From Eledone cirrhosa (taxonomy: Eukaryota), in NCBI GenBank assembly GCA_964016885.1, contig OZ024744.1:23560001-23624000 (forward strand): a stretch of 64,000 nt of DNA. The letters run 5' to 3'. The notes below the pieces were generated by a model. The model was not told the origin of the DNA. It made no database searches and saw only the letters and a list, made by a program, of their open reading frames with translations. This document shows, piece after piece, positions 42,001-57,372 of this stretch; position 1 is the stretch's first letter, and every line of letters begins with the position of its first letter. The translations under genes were made by a program, and so were the position numbers.

Positions 42001-43792
42001 AGTTGAATCTTAAGAACTGACTCGTTTTATCAACAGTTCAACCTTAAGCACTGACTCGTTTTAACAACAGATGAATCTTCAAATAAAACTCGTTTTAACA
42101 ACAGTTGAATCTTAAGAACTGACTCATTTTAACAACAGTTGAATCTTAAGAACTGATTCGTTTTAACAACAGTTGAATCTTAAGATAAAACTCGTTTTAA
42201 CAACAGTTGAATCTTAAGAACTGACTCGTTTTAATAACAGCTGAATCTTAAGATAAAACTCGTTTTACAACAGTTGAATCTTAAGAACTGACTCGTTTTA
42301 TCAACAGTTCAACCTTAAGAACTGACTCATCTTAACAACAGTTGAATCTTCAAATAAAACTCGTTTTAACAACAGTTGAATCTTAAGAACTGATTCGTTT
42401 TAACAACAGCTGAATCGGAAGATAAAACTCGTTTTAACAACAGTTGAATCTTAAGATAAAATTCGTTTTAACAACAGTTGAATCTTAAGAACTGACTCGT
42501 TTTAACAACAGCTGAATCTTAAGATAAAACTCGTTTTATCAACAGTTCAACCTTAAGAACTGACTCGTTTTAACAACAGTTGAATCCTCAAATAAAACTC
42601 GTTTTAACAACAGTTGAATCTTAAGAACTGACTCGTTTTAACAATAGTTGAATCTTAAAATAAAACTCGTTTTAACAACAATTGAATCTTAAGAACTGAC
42701 TCATTTTAACAACAGTTGAATCTTAAGATAAAACTCGTTTTAACAACAGTTGAATCTTAAGAACTGACTCGTTTTAACAACAGTTCAACCTTAAGAACTG
42801 ACTCGTTTTAACAACAGTTGAATCTTTAAATAAAACTCGTTTTAACTACAGTTGAATCTTAAGAACTGACTCGTTTTAACAACAGTTGAATCTTAAGATA
42901 AAACTCGTTTTAACAACAGTTGAATCTTAAGAACTGACTCATTTTAACAACAGTTGAATCTTAAGAACTGATTCGTTTTAACAACAGTTGAATCTTCAGA
43001 TAAAACTCGTTTTAACTACAGTTGAATCTTAAGAACTGACTCGTTTTAACAACAGTTGAATCTTAAGATAGAACTCGTTTTAACAACAGTTGAATCTTAA
43101 GAACTGACTCATTTTAACAACAGTTGAATCTTAAGAACTGATTCGTTTTAACAACAGTTGAATCTTAAGATAAAACTCGTTTTAACAACAGTTGAATCTT
43201 AAGAACTGACTCGTTTTAACAACAGCTGAATCTTAAGATAAAACTCGTTTTACAACAGTTGAATCTTAAGAACTGACTCGTTTTATCAACAGTTCAACCT
43301 TAAGAACTGACTCATTTTAACAACAGTTGAATCTTCAAATAAAACTCGTTTTAACAACAGTTGATTCTTCAGAACTGACTCGTTTTAACAACAGTTGAAT
43401 CTTAAGATAAAACTCGTTTTAACAACAGTTGAATCTTAAGAACTGACTCATTTTAACAACAGCTGAATCTTTAGATAAAACTCGTTTTAACAACAGTTGA
43501 ATCTTAATAACTGACTCGTTTTAACAACAGTTGCATCTTAAGATAAAACTCGTTTTAACAACAGTTGAATCTTAAGAACTGACTCATTTTAACAACAGTT
43601 GAATCTTAAGAACTGATTCGTTTTAACAACAGTTGAATCTTCAGATAAAACTCGTTTTAACTACAGTTGAATCTTAAGAACTGACTCGTTTTAACAACAG
43701 CTGAATCTTAAGATAAAACTCGTTTTACAACAGTTGAATCTTAAGAACTGACTCGTTTTATCAACAGTTCAACCTTAAGAACTGACTCATCC

Positions 43793-46700
43793 TAACAACA
43801 GTTGAATCTTCAAATAAAACTCGTTTTAACAACAGTTGAATCTTAAGAACTCATTCGTTTTAACAACAGCTGAATCTTAAGATAAAACTCGTTTTAACAA
43901 CAGTTGAATCTTAAGATAAAATTCGTTTTAACAACAGTTGAATCTTAAGAACTGACTCGTTTTAACAACAGCTGAATCTTAAGATAAAACTCTTTTTAAC
44001 AACAGTTGAATCTTAAGAACTGACTCGTTTTATCAACAGTTCAACCTTAAGCACTGACTCGTTTTAACAACAGTTGAATCTTCAAATAAAACTCGTTTTA
44101 ACAACAGTTGATTCTTCAGAACTGACTCGTTTTAACAACAGTTGAATCTTAAGATAAAACTCGTTTTAACAACAGTTGAATCTTAAGAACTGACTCATTT
44201 TAACAACAGCTGAATCTTAAGAACTGATTCGTTTTAACAACAGTTGAATCTTCAGATAAAACTCGTTTTAACTACAGTTGAATCTTAAGAACTGACTAGT
44301 TTTAACAACAGTTGAATCTTAAGATAAAACTCGTTTTAACAACAGTTGAATCTTAAGAACTGGCTCATTTTAACAACAGTTGAATCTTAAGAACTGATTC
44401 GTTTTAACAACAGTTGAATCTTAAGATAAAACTCGTTTTAACAACAGTTGAATCTTAAGAACTGACTCGTTTTAATAACAGTTGAATCTTAAGATAAAAC
44501 TCGTTTTAACAACAGTTGAATCTTAAGAACTGACTCGTTTTAACAACAGCTGAATCTTAAGATAAAACTCGTTTTACAACAGTTGAATCTTAAGAACTGA
44601 CTCGTTTTATCAACAGTTCAACCTTAAGAACTGACTCATCCTAACAACAGTTGAATCTTCAAATAAAACTCGTTTTAACAACAGTTGAATCTTAAGAACT
44701 CATTCGTTTTAACAACAGCTGAATCTTAAGATAAAACTCGTTTTAACAACAGTTGAATCTTAAGATAAAATTCGTTTTAACAACAGTTGAATCTTAAGAA
44801 CTGACTCGTTTTAACAACAGCTGAATCTTAAGATAAAACTCTTTTTAACTACAGTTGAATCTTAAGAACTGACTCGTTTTATCAACAGTTCAACCTTAAG
44901 CACTGACTCGTTTTAACAACAGTTGAATCTTCAAATAAAACTCGTTTTAACAACAGTTGATTCTTCAGAACTGACTCGTTTTAACAACAGTTGAATCTTA
45001 AGATAAAACTCGTTTTAACAACAGTTGAATCTTAAGAACTGACTCATTTTAACAACAGCTGAATCTCTAGATAAAACTCGTTATAACAACAGTTGAATCT
45101 TAAGGTAAAATTCGTTTTAACAACAGTTGAATCTTAAGAACTGACTCGTTTTAACAACAGCTGAATCTTAAGATAAAACTCGTTTTAACAACAGTTGAAT
45201 CTTAAGAACTGGCTCGTTTTATCAACAGTTCAACCTTAAGCACTGACTCGTTTTAACAACAGTTGAATCTTAAGATGAAACTCGTTTTAACAACAGTTGA
45301 ATATTAAGAACTGACTCATTTTAACAACAGTTGAATCTTAAGATAAAACTCGTTTTAACAACAGTTGAATCTTAAGAACTGACTCGTTTTAACAACAGTT
45401 CAACCTTAAGAACTGACTCGTTTTAACAACAGTTGAATCTTAAGATGAAACTCGTTTTAACAACAGTTGAATCTTAAGAACTGACTCATTTTAACAACAG
45501 TTGAATCTTAAGAACTGATTCGTTTTAACAACAGTTGACTCTGAAGAACTGATTCGTTTTAACAACAGCTGAATCTTAAGATAAAACTCGTTTTAACAAC
45601 AGTTGAATCTTAAGATAAAATTCTTTTTAACAACAGTTGAATCTTAAGAACTGACTCGTTTTAACAACAGCTGAATCTTAAGATAAAACTCGTTTTAACA
45701 ACAGTTGAATCTTAAGAACTGACTCGTTTTATCAACAGTTCAACCTTAAGAACTGACTCGTTTTAACAACAGTTGAATCCTCAAATAAAACTCGTTTTAA
45801 CAACAGTTGAATCTTAAGAACTGACTCGTTTTAACAACAGTTGAATCTTAAGAACTGACTCGTTTTAACAACAGTTCAACCTTAAGAACTGACTCGTTTT
45901 AACAACAGTTGAATCTTAAGAACTGACTCGTTTTAACAACAGTTCAACCTTAAGAACTGACTCGTTTTAACAACAGTTGAATCTTCAAATAAAACTCGTT
46001 TTAACTACAGTTGAATCTTAAGAACTGACTCGTTTTAACAACAGTTGAATCTTAAGATAAAACTCGTTTTACCAACAGTTGAATCTTAAGAACTGACTCA
46101 TTTTAACAACAGTTGAATCTTAAGAACTGATTCGTTTTAACAACAGTTGAATCTTCAGATAAAACTCGTTTTAACTACAGTTGAATCTTAAGAACTGACT
46201 CGTTTTAACAACAGTTGAATCTTAAGATAAAACTCGTTTTAACAACAGTTGAATCTTAAGAACTGACTCATTTTAACAACAGTCGAATCTTAAGATCTGA
46301 TTCGTTTTAACAACAGTTGAATCTTAAGATAAAACTCGTTTTAACAACAGTTGAATCTTAAGAACTGACTCGTTTTAACAACAGCTGAATCTTAAGATAA
46401 AACTCGTTTTACAACAGTTGAATCTTAAGAACTGACTCGTTTTATCAACAGTTAAACCTTAAGAACTGACTCATTTTAACAACAGTTGAATATTCAAATA
46501 AAACTCGTTTTAACAACAGTTGAATCTTAATAAATGATTCGTTTTAACAACAGCTGAATCTTAAGATAAACTCGTTTTAACAACAGCTGAATCTTAAGAT
46601 AAACCTGGTTTTAACAACATTTGAATCTTAAGAACTGAATTCGTTTTAACAACAGCTGAATCTTAAGATAAAACTCGTTTTAACAACAGTTGATTCTTAA

Positions 46701-49700
46701 GAACTGACTCGTTTTATCAACAGTTCAACCTTAAGAACTGACTCGTTTTAACAAAAGTTGAATCTTCAAATAAAACTCGTTTTAACAACAGTTGAATATT
46801 ATGATAAAACTCATTTTAACAACAGTTGATTCTTAAGATAAAACTCGTTTTAACAACAGTTGAATCTTATGCACTGACTCGTTTTAACAACAGCTGAATC
46901 TTAAGATAAAACTCGTTTTAACAACAGTTGAATCTTAAGATAAAATTCGTTTTAACAATAGTTGAATGTTAAGAACTGGTTCGTTTTAACAACAGTTGGA
47001 TCTTAAGATAAAACTCGTTTTAACAACAGTTGAATCTTAAGAACTGACTCGTTTTAACAACTGTTGAATCTTAAGAACTGACTCGTTTTATCAACAGTTC
47101 AACCTTAAGAACTGACTCGTTTTAACAACAGTTGAATCTTCAAATAAAACTCGTTTTAACAACAGTTGAATCTTAAGAACTGACTCGTTTTAACAACAGT
47201 TGAATCTTAAGATAAAACTCGTTTTAACAACAGTTGAATCTTAAGAACTGACTCGTGTTATCAACAGTTCAACCTTAATAACTGAATCGTTTTAACAACA
47301 GTTGAATCTTCAAATTAAACTCGCTTTAACAACAGTTGAATCATAAGAACTGATTCGTTTTAACAACAGTTTAATCTTAAGATAAAACTCGTTTTAACAA
47401 CAGTTGAATCTTAAGATAAAACTCGTTTTAACAACAGTGAAATCTTAAGAACTGACTCGTTTTAATAACAGTTGAATCTTAAGTTAAAACTCGTTTTAAC
47501 AACAGTTGAATCTTAAGAACTGACTCGTTTTAACAACAGTTGAATCTTAAGATAAAACTCGTTTTAACAACAGTTGAATCTTCAAATAAAACTCGTTTTA
47601 ACAACAGTTGAATATTATGATAAAACTCATTTTAACAACAGTTGATTCTTAAGATAAAACTCGTTTTAACAACAGTTGAATCTTAAGAACTGACTCGTTT
47701 TAACAACAGTTGAATCTTAAGAACTGACTCGTTTTATCAACAGTTCAACCTTAAGAACTGACTCGTTTTAACAACAGTTGAATCTTCAAATAAAACTCGT
47801 TTTAACAACAGTTGAATCTTAAGAACTCACTCGTTTTAACAACAGTTGAATTTTAAGATAAAACTCGTTTTAACAACAGTGGAATCTTAAGAACTGACTC
47901 GTTTTAATAACAGTTGAATCTTAAGATAAAACTCGTTTTAACAACAGTTGAATCTTAAGAACTGACTCGTTTTAACAACAGCTGAATCTTAAGATAAAAC
48001 TCGTTTTAACGACAGTTGAATCTTAAGAACTGACTCGTTTTAACAACAGTTGAATCTTAAGATAAAACTCGTTTTAACAACAGCTGAATCTTAAGATAAA
48101 ACTCGTTTTAACAACAGTTGAATCTTAAGATAAAACTCGTTTTAACAACAGTTGAATCTTAAGAACTGACTCATTTTAACAACAGTTGAATCTTAAGAAC
48201 TGATTCGTTTTAACAACAGCTGAATCTTAAGATAAACTCGTTTTAACAACAGTTGAATCTTAAGATAAACCTCGTTTTAACAACATTTGAATCTTAAGAA
48301 CTGACTCGTTTTAACAACAGCTGCATCTTAAGATAAAACTCGTTTTAACAACAGTTGAATCCTAAGAACTGACTCGTTTTATCAACAGTTCAACCTGAAG
48401 AACTGACTCGTTTTAACAACAGTTGAATCTTCAAATAAAACTCGTTTTAACAACAGTTGAATCTTAAGAACTGACTCGTTTTAACAACAGTTGAATCTTA
48501 AGATAAAACTCGTTTTAACAACAGCTGAATCTTAAGATAAAACTCGTTTTAACAACAGTTGAATCTTAAGATAAAACTCGTTTTAACAACAGTTGAATCT
48601 TAAGAACTGACTCATTTTAACAACAGTTGAATCTTAAGAACTGATTCGTTTTAACAACAGTTGAATCTTCAAATAAAACTCGTTTTAACAACAGTTGAAT
48701 ATTATGATAAAACTCATTTTAACAACAGTTGATTCTTAAGATAAAACTCGTTTTAACGACAGTTGAATCTTAAGAACTGACTCGTTTTAACAACAGCTGA
48801 CTCTCAAGATAAAATTCGTTTTAACAATAGTTGAATGTTAAGAACTGGTTCGTTTTAACAACAGTTGGATCTTAAGATAAAACTCGTTTTAACAACAGTT
48901 GAATCTTAAGAACTGACTCGTTTTAACAACAGTTGAATCTTAAGAAGTGACTCGTTTTATCAACAGTTCAACCTTAAGAACTGACTCGTTTTAACAACAG
49001 TTGAATCTTCAAATAAAACTCGTTTTAACAACAGTTGAATCTTAAGAACTGATTCGTTTTAACAACAGCTGAATCTTAAGATAAACTCGTATTAACAACA
49101 GTTGAATCTTAAGATAAACCTCGTTTTAACAACATTTGAATCTTAAGAACTGACTCGTTTTAACAACAGCTGAATCTTAAGATAAAACTCGTTTTAACAA
49201 CAGTTGAATCTTAAGAACTGACTCGTTTTATCAACAGTTCAACCTTAAGAACTGACTCGTTTTAACAACAGTTGAATCTTCAAATAAAACTCGTTTTAAC
49301 AACAGTTGAATCTTAAGAACTCATTCGTTTTAACAACAGCTGAATCTTAAGATAAAACTCGTTTTAACAACAGTTGAATCTTAAGATAAAATTCGTTTTA
49401 ACAACAGTTGAATCTTAAGAACTGACTCGTTTTAACAACAGCTGAATCTTAAGATAAAACTCTTTTTAACAACAGTTGAATCTTAAGAACTGACTCGTTT
49501 TATCAACAGTTCAACCTTAAGCACTGACTCGTTTTAACAACAGTTGAATCTTCAAATAAAACTCGTTTTAACAACAGTTGATTCTTCAGAACTGACTCGT
49601 TTTAACAACAGTTGAATCTTAAGATAAAACTCGTTTTAACAACAGTTGAATCTTAAGAACTGACTCATTTTAACAACAGCTGAATCTTAAGAACTGATTC

Positions 49701-52700
49701 GTTTTAACAACAGTTGAATCTTCAGATAAAACTCGTTTTAACTACAGTTGAATCTTAAGAACTGACTAGTTTTAACAACAGTTGAATCTTAAGATAAAAC
49801 TCGTTTTAACAACAGTTGAATCTTAAGAACTGGCTCATTTTAACAACAGTTGAATCTTAAGAACTGATTCGTTTTAACAACAGTTGAATCTTAAGATAAA
49901 ACTCGTTTTAACAACAGTTGAATCTTAAGAACTGACTCGTTTTAATAACAGTTGAATCTTAAGATAAAACTCGTTTTAACAACAGTTGAATCTTAAGAAC
50001 TGACTCGTTTTAACAACAGCTGAATCTTAAGATAAAACTCGTTTTACAACAGTTGAATCTTAAGAACTGACTCGTTTTATCAACAGTTCAACCTTAAGAA
50101 CTGACTCATCCTAACAACAGTTGAATCTTCAAATAAAACTCGTTTTAACAACAGTTGAATCTTAAGAACTCATTCGTTTTAACAACAGCTGAATCTTAAG
50201 ATAAAACTCGTTTTAACAACAGTTGAATCTTAAGATAAAATTCGTTTTAACAACAGTTGAATCTTAAGAACTGACTCGTTTTAACAACAGCTGAATCTTA
50301 AGATAAAACTCTTTTTAACTACAGTTGAATCTTAAGAACTGACTCGTTTTATCAACAGTTCAACCTTAAGCACTGACTCGTTTTAACAACAGTTGAATCT
50401 TCAAATAAAACTCGTTTTAACAACAGTTGATTCTTCAGAACTGACTCGTTTTAACAACAGTTGAATCTTAAGATAAAACTCGTTTTAACAACAGTTGAAT
50501 CTTAAGAACTGACTCATTTTAACAACAGCTGAATCTCTAGATAAAACTCGTTATAACAACAGTTGAATCTTAAGGTAAAATTCGTTTTAACAACAGTTGA
50601 ATCTTAAGAACTGACTCGTTTTAACAACAGCTGAATCTTAAGATAAAACTCGTTTTAACAACAGTTGAATCTTAAGAACTGGCTCGTTTTATCAACAGTT
50701 CAACCTTAAGCACTGACTCGTTTTAACAACAGTTGAATCTTAAGATGAAACTCGTTTTAACAACAGTTGAATCTTAAGAACTGACTCGTTTTAACAACAG
50801 TTCAACCTTAAGAACTGACTCGTTTTAACAACAGTTGAATCTTAAGATGAAACTCGTTTTAACAACAGTTGAATATTAAGAACTGACTCATTTTAACAAC
50901 AGTTGAATCTTAAGATAAAACTCGTTTTAACAACAGTTGAATCTTAAGAACTGACTCGTTTTAACAACAGTTCAACCTTAAGAACTGACTCGTTTTAACA
51001 ACAGTTGAATCTTAAGATGAAACTCGTTTTAACAACAGTTGAATCTTAAGAACTGACTCATTTTAACAACAGTTGAATCTTAAGAACTGATTCGTTTTAA
51101 CAACAGTTGACTCTGAAGAACTGATTCGTTTTAACAACAGCTGAATCTTAAGATAAAACTCGTTTTAACAACAGTTGAATCTTAAGATAAAATTCTTTTT
51201 AACAACAGTTGAATCTTAAGAACTGACTCGTTTTAACAACAGCTGAATCTTAAGATAAAACTCGTTTTAACAACAGTTGAATCTTAAGAACTGACTCGTT
51301 TTATCAACAGTTCAACCTTAAGAACTGACTCGTTTTAACAACAGTTGAATCCTCAAATAAAACTCGTTTTAACAACAGTTGAATCTTAAGAACTGACTCG
51401 TTTTAACAACAGTTGAATCTTAAGAACTGACTCGTTTTAACAACAGTTCAACCTTAAGAACTGACTCGTTTTAACAACAGTTGAATCTTAAGAACTGACT
51501 CGTTTTAACAACAGTTCAACCTTAAGAACTGACTCGTTTTAACAACAGTTGAATCTTCAAATAAAACTCGTTTTAACTACAGTTGAATCTTAAGAACTGA
51601 CTCGTTTTAACAACAGTTGAATCTTAAGATAAAACTCGTTTTACCAACAGTTGAATCTTAAGAACTGACTCATTTTAACAACAGTTGAATCTTAAGAACT
51701 GATTCGTTTTAACAACAGTTGAATCTTCAGATAAAACTCGTTTTAACTACAGTTGAATCTTAAGAACTGACTCGTTTTAACAACAGTTGAATCTTAAGAT
51801 AAAACTCGTTTTAACAACAGTTGAATCTTAAGAACTGACTCATTTTAACAACAGTCGAATCTTAAGATCTGATTCGTTTTAACAACAGTTGAATCTTAAG
51901 ATAAAACTCGTTTTAACAACAGTTGAATCTTAAGAACTGACTCGTTTTAACAACAGCTGAATCTTAAGATAAAACTCGTTTTACAACAGTTGAATCTTAA
52001 GAACTGACTCGTTTTATCAACAGTTAAACCTTAAGAACTGACTCATTTTAACAACAGTTGAATATTCAAATAAAACTCGTTTTAACAACAGTTGAATCTT
52101 AATAAATGATTCGTTTTAACAACAGCTGAATCTTAAGATAAACTCGTTTTAACAACAGCTGAATCTTAAGATAAACCTGGTTTTAACAACATTTGAATCT
52201 TAAGAACTGAATTCGTTTTAACAACAGCTGAATCTTAAGATAAAACTCGTTTTAACAACAGTTGATTCTTAAGAACTGACTCGTTTTATCAACAGTTCAA
52301 CCTTAAGAACTGACTCGTTTTAACAAAAGTTGAATCTTCAAATAAAACTCGTTTTAACAACAGTTGAATATTATGATAAAACTCATTTTAACAACAGTTG
52401 ATTCTTAAGATAAAACTCGTTTTAACAACAGTTGAATCTTATGCACTGACTCGTTTTAACAACAGCTGAATCTTAAGATAAAACTCGTTTTAACAACAGT
52501 TGAATCTTAAGATAAAATTCGTTTTAACAATAGTTGAATGTTAAGAACTGGTTCGTTTTAACAACAGTTGGATCTTAAGATAAAACTCGTTTTAACAACA
52601 GTTGAATCTTAAGAACTGACTCGTTTTAACAACTGTTGAATCTTAAGAACTGACTCGTTTTATCAACAGTTCAACCTTAAGAACTGACTCGTTTTAACAA

Positions 52701-54834
52701 CAGTTGAATCTTCAAATAAAACTCGTTTTAACAACAGTTGAATCTTAAGAACTGACTCGTTTTAACAACAGTTGAATCTTAAGATAAAACTCGTTTTAAC
52801 AACAGTTGAATCTTAAGAACTGACTCGTGTTATCAACAGTTCAACCTTAATAACTGAATCGTTTTAACAACAGTTGAATCTTCAAATTAAACTCGCTTTA
52901 ACAACAGTTGAATCATAAGAACTGATTCGTTTTAACAACAGTTTAATCTTAAGATAAAACTCGTTTTAACAACAGTTGAATCTTAAGATAAAACTCGTTT
53001 TAACAACAGTGAAATCTTAAGAACTGACTCGTTTTAATAACAGTTGAATCTTAAGTTAAAACTCGTTTTAACAACAGTTGAATCTTAAGAACTGACTCGT
53101 TTTAACAACAGTTGAATCTTAAGATAAAACTCGTTTTAACAACAGTTGAATCTTCAAATAAAACTCGTTTTAACAACAGTTGAATATTATGATAAAACTC
53201 ATTTTAACAACAGTTGATTCTTAAGATAAAACTCGTTTTAACAACAGTTGAATCTTAAGAACTGACTCGTTTTAACAACAGTTGAATCTTAAGAACTGAC
53301 TCGTTTTATCAACAGTTCAACCTTAAGAACTGACTCGTTTTAACAACAGTTGAATCTTCAAATAAAACTCGTTTTAACAACAGTTGAATCTTAAGAACTC
53401 ACTCGTTTTAACAACAGTTGAATTTTAAGATAAAACTCGTTTTAACAACAGTGGAATCTTAAGAACTGACTCGTTTTAATAACAGTTGAATCTTAAGATA
53501 AAACTCGTTTTAACAACAGTTGAATCTTAAGAACTGACTCGTTTTAACAACAGCTGAATCTTAAGATAAAACTCGTTTTAACGACAGTTGAATCTTAAGA
53601 ACTGACTCGTTTTAACAACAGTTGAATCTTAAGATAAAACTCGTTTTAACAACAGCTGAATCTTAAGATAAAACTCGTTTTAACAACAGTTGAATCTTAA
53701 GATAAAACTCGTTTTAACAACAGTTGAATCTTAAGAACTGACTCATTTTAACAACAGTTGAATCTTAAGAACTGATTCGTTTTAACAACAGCTGAATCTT
53801 AAGATAAACTCGTTTTAACAACAGTTGAATCTTAAGATAAACCTCGTTTTAACAACATTTGAATCTTAAGAACTGACTCGTTTTAACAACAGCTGCATCT
53901 TAAGATAAAACTCGTTTTAACAACAGTTGAATCCTAAGAACTGACTCGTTTTATCAACAGTTCAACCTGAAGAACTGACTCGTTTTAACAACAGTTGAAT
54001 CTTCAAATAAAACTCGTTTTAACAACAGTTGAATCTTAAGAACTGACTCGTTTTAACAACAGTTGAATCTTAAGATAAAACTCGTTTTAACAACAGCTGA
54101 ATCTTAAGATAAAACTCGTTTTAACAACAGTTGAATCTTAAGATAAAACTCGTTTTAACAACAGTTGAATCTTAAGAACTGACTCATTTTAACAACAGTT
54201 GAATCTTAAGAACTGATTCGTTTTAACAACAGTTGAATCTTCAAATAAAACTCGTTTTAACAACAGTTGAATATTATGATAAAACTCATTTTAACAACAG
54301 TTGATTCTTAAGATAAAACTCGTTTTAACGACAGTTGAATCTTAAGAACTGACTCGTTTTAACAACAGCTGACTCTCAAGATAAAATTCGTTTTAACAAT
54401 AGTTGAATGTTAAGAACTGGTTCGTTTTAACAACAGTTGGATCTTAAGATAAAACTCGTTTTAACAACAGTTGAATCTTAAGAACTGACTCGTTTTAACA
54501 ACAGTTGAATCTTAAGAAGTGACTCGTTTTATCAACAGTTCAACCTTAAGAACTGACTCGTTTTAACAACAGTTGAATCTTCAAATAAAACTCGTTTTAA
54601 CAACAGTTGAATCTTAAGAACTGATTCGTTTTAACAACAGCTGAATCTTAAGATAAACTCGTATTAACAACAGTTGAATCTTAAGATAAACCTCGTTTTA
54701 ACAACATTTGAATCTTAAGAACTGACTCGTTTTAACAACAGCTGAATCTTAAGATAAAACTCGTTTTAACAACAGTTGAATCTTAAGAACTGACTCGTTT
54801 TATCAACAGTTCAACCTTAAGAACTGACTCGTTT
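43793..54834. repeat. Tandem duplication, 5470-bp unit (161 monomers, net minus 4 bp); second copy is 5572 bp with three extra monomers
   Basis: TCATTCG 43851/49321 and GTTATAAC 45080/50550 give 5470. AGTCGAATCTTAAGATCTG 46281/51853 and CCTGG 46604/52176 give 5572. Confidence 0.9.
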
Positions 54835-55409
54835 TAACAACAGTTGAATCTTCAAATAAAACTCGTTTTAACAACAGTTGAATCTTCAAATAAAACTCGT
54901 TTTAACAACAGTTGAATATTATGATAAACCTCATTTTAACGACAGCTGATTCTTAAGATAAAACTCGTTTTAACAACAGTTGAATCTTAAGAACTGACTC
55001 GTTTTAACAACAGCTGAATCTTAAGATAAAACTCGTTTTAACAACAGTTGAATCTTAAGATAAAATTCGTTTTAACAATAGTTGAATGTTAAGAACTGGT
55101 TCGTTTTAACAACAGTTGGATCTTAAGATAAAACTCGTTTTAACAACAGTTGAATCTTAAGAACTGACTCGTTTTAACAACAGTTGAATCTTAAGAACTG
55201 ACTCGTTTTAACAACAGTTGAATCTTAAGATAAAACTCGTTTTAACAACAGCTGAATCTTAAGATAAAACTCGTTTTAACAACAGTTGAATCTTAAGATA
55301 AAACTCGTTTTAACAACAGTTGAATCTTAAGAACTGACTCATTTTAACAACAGTTGAATCTTAATAACTGATTCGTTTTAACAACAGATGAATCTTAAGA
55401 TAAAACTCG

Positions 55410-56760
55410 TTTTAACAACAGTTGAATCTTAAGAACTGACTCGTTTTAACAACAGCTGAATCTTAAGATAAAACTCGTTTTACAACAGTTGAATCTTAAG
55501 AACTGATTCGTTTTAACAACAGCTGAATATTAAGATAAACTCGTTTTAACAACAGTTGAATCTTAACATAAACCTCGTTTTAACAACATTTGAATCTTAA
55601 AAACTGACTCGTTTTAACAACAGCTGAATCTTAAGATAAAACTCGTTTTAACAACAGTTGAATCTTCAAATAAAACTCATTTTAACAACAGTTGAATATT
55701 ATGATAAAACTCATTTTAACAACAGTTGATTCTTAAGATAAAACTCGTTTTAACAACAGTTGAATCTTAAGAACTGACTCGTTTTAACAACAGTTGAATC
55801 TTAAGAACTGACTCGTTTTATCAACAGTTCAACCTTAAGAACTGACTCGTTTTAACAACAGTTGAATCTTCAAATAAAACTCGTTTTAACAACAGTTGAA
55901 TCTTAAGAACTCACTCGTTTTAACAACAGTTGAATCTTAAGATAAAACTCGTTTTAACAACAGTTGAATCTTAAGATAAAACTCGTTTTAACAACAGTGG
56001 AATCTTAAGAACTGACTCGTTTTAATAACAGTTGAATCTTAAGATAAAACTCGTTTTAACAACAGTTGAATCTTAAGAACTGACTCGTTTTAACAATAGC
56101 TGAATCTTAAGATAAAACTCGTTTTACAACAGTTGAATCTTAAGAACTGATTCGTTTTAACAACAGCTGAATATTAAGATAAACTCGTTTTAACAACAGT
56201 TGAATCTTAACATAAACCTCGTTTTAACAACATTTGAATCTTAAAAAGTTACTCGTTTTAACAACAGCTGAATCTTAAGATAAAACTCGTTTTAACAACA
56301 GTTGAATCTTCAAATAAAACTCGTTTTAACAACAGTTGAATATTATGATAAAACTCATTTTAACAACAGTTGATTCTTAAGAGAAAACTCGTTTTAACAA
56401 CAGTTGAATCTTAAGAACTGACTCGTTTTAACAACAGTTGAATCTTAAGAACTGACTCGTTTTATCAACAGTTCAACCTTAAGAACTGACTCGTTTTAAC
56501 AACAGTTGAATCTTCAAATAAAACTCGTTTTAACAACAGTTGAATCTTAAGAACTCACTCGTTTAAACAACAGTTGAATCTTAAGATAAAACTCGTTTTA
56601 ACAACAGTTGAATCTTAAGATAAAACTCGTTTTAACAACAGTGGAATCTTAAGAACTGACTCGTTTTAATAACAGTTGAATCTTAAGATAAAACTCGTTT
56701 TAACAACAGTTGAATCTTAAGAACTGACTCGTTTTAACAACAGCTGAATCTTAAGATAAA
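55410..56760. repeat. Imperfect tandem duplication, 644-bp unit (19 monomers minus 2 bp)
   Basis: GAATATTAAGATAAACTC 55525/56169 and CTTAACATAA 55562/56206. Several private substitutions occur in the second copy. Confidence 0.8.
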
Positions 56761-57372
56761 ACTCGTTTTAACAAAAGCTGAATCTTAAGATAAACTCGTT
56801 TTAACAACAGTTGAATCTTAAGATAAACCTCGTTTTAAGATCATTTGAATCTTAAGAACTGACTCGTTTTAACAACAGCTGAATCTTAAGATAAAACTCG
56901 TTTTAACAACAGTTGAATCTTAAGAACTGACTCATTTTAACAACAGTTGAATCTTAAGAACTGACTTGTTTTATCAACAGTTCAACCTTAAGAACTGACT
57001 CGTTTTAACAACAGTTGAATCTTCAAATAAAACTCGTTTTAACAACAGTTGAATCTTAAGAACTCACTCGTTTTAACAACAGTTGAATCTTAAGATAAAA
57101 CTCGTTTTAACAACAGTGGAATCTTAAGAACTGACTCGTTTTAATAACAGTTGAATCTTAAGATAAAACTCGTTTTAACAACAGTTGAATCTTAAGAACT
57201 GACTCGTTTTAACAACAGCTGAATCTTAAGATAAAACTCGTTTTAACGACAGTTGAATCTTAAGAACTGACTCGTTTTATCAACAGTTCAACCTTAAGAA
57301 CTGACTCATTTTAACAACAGTTGAATCTTCAAATAAAACTCGTTTTAACAACAGTTGAATCTTAAGAACTGA

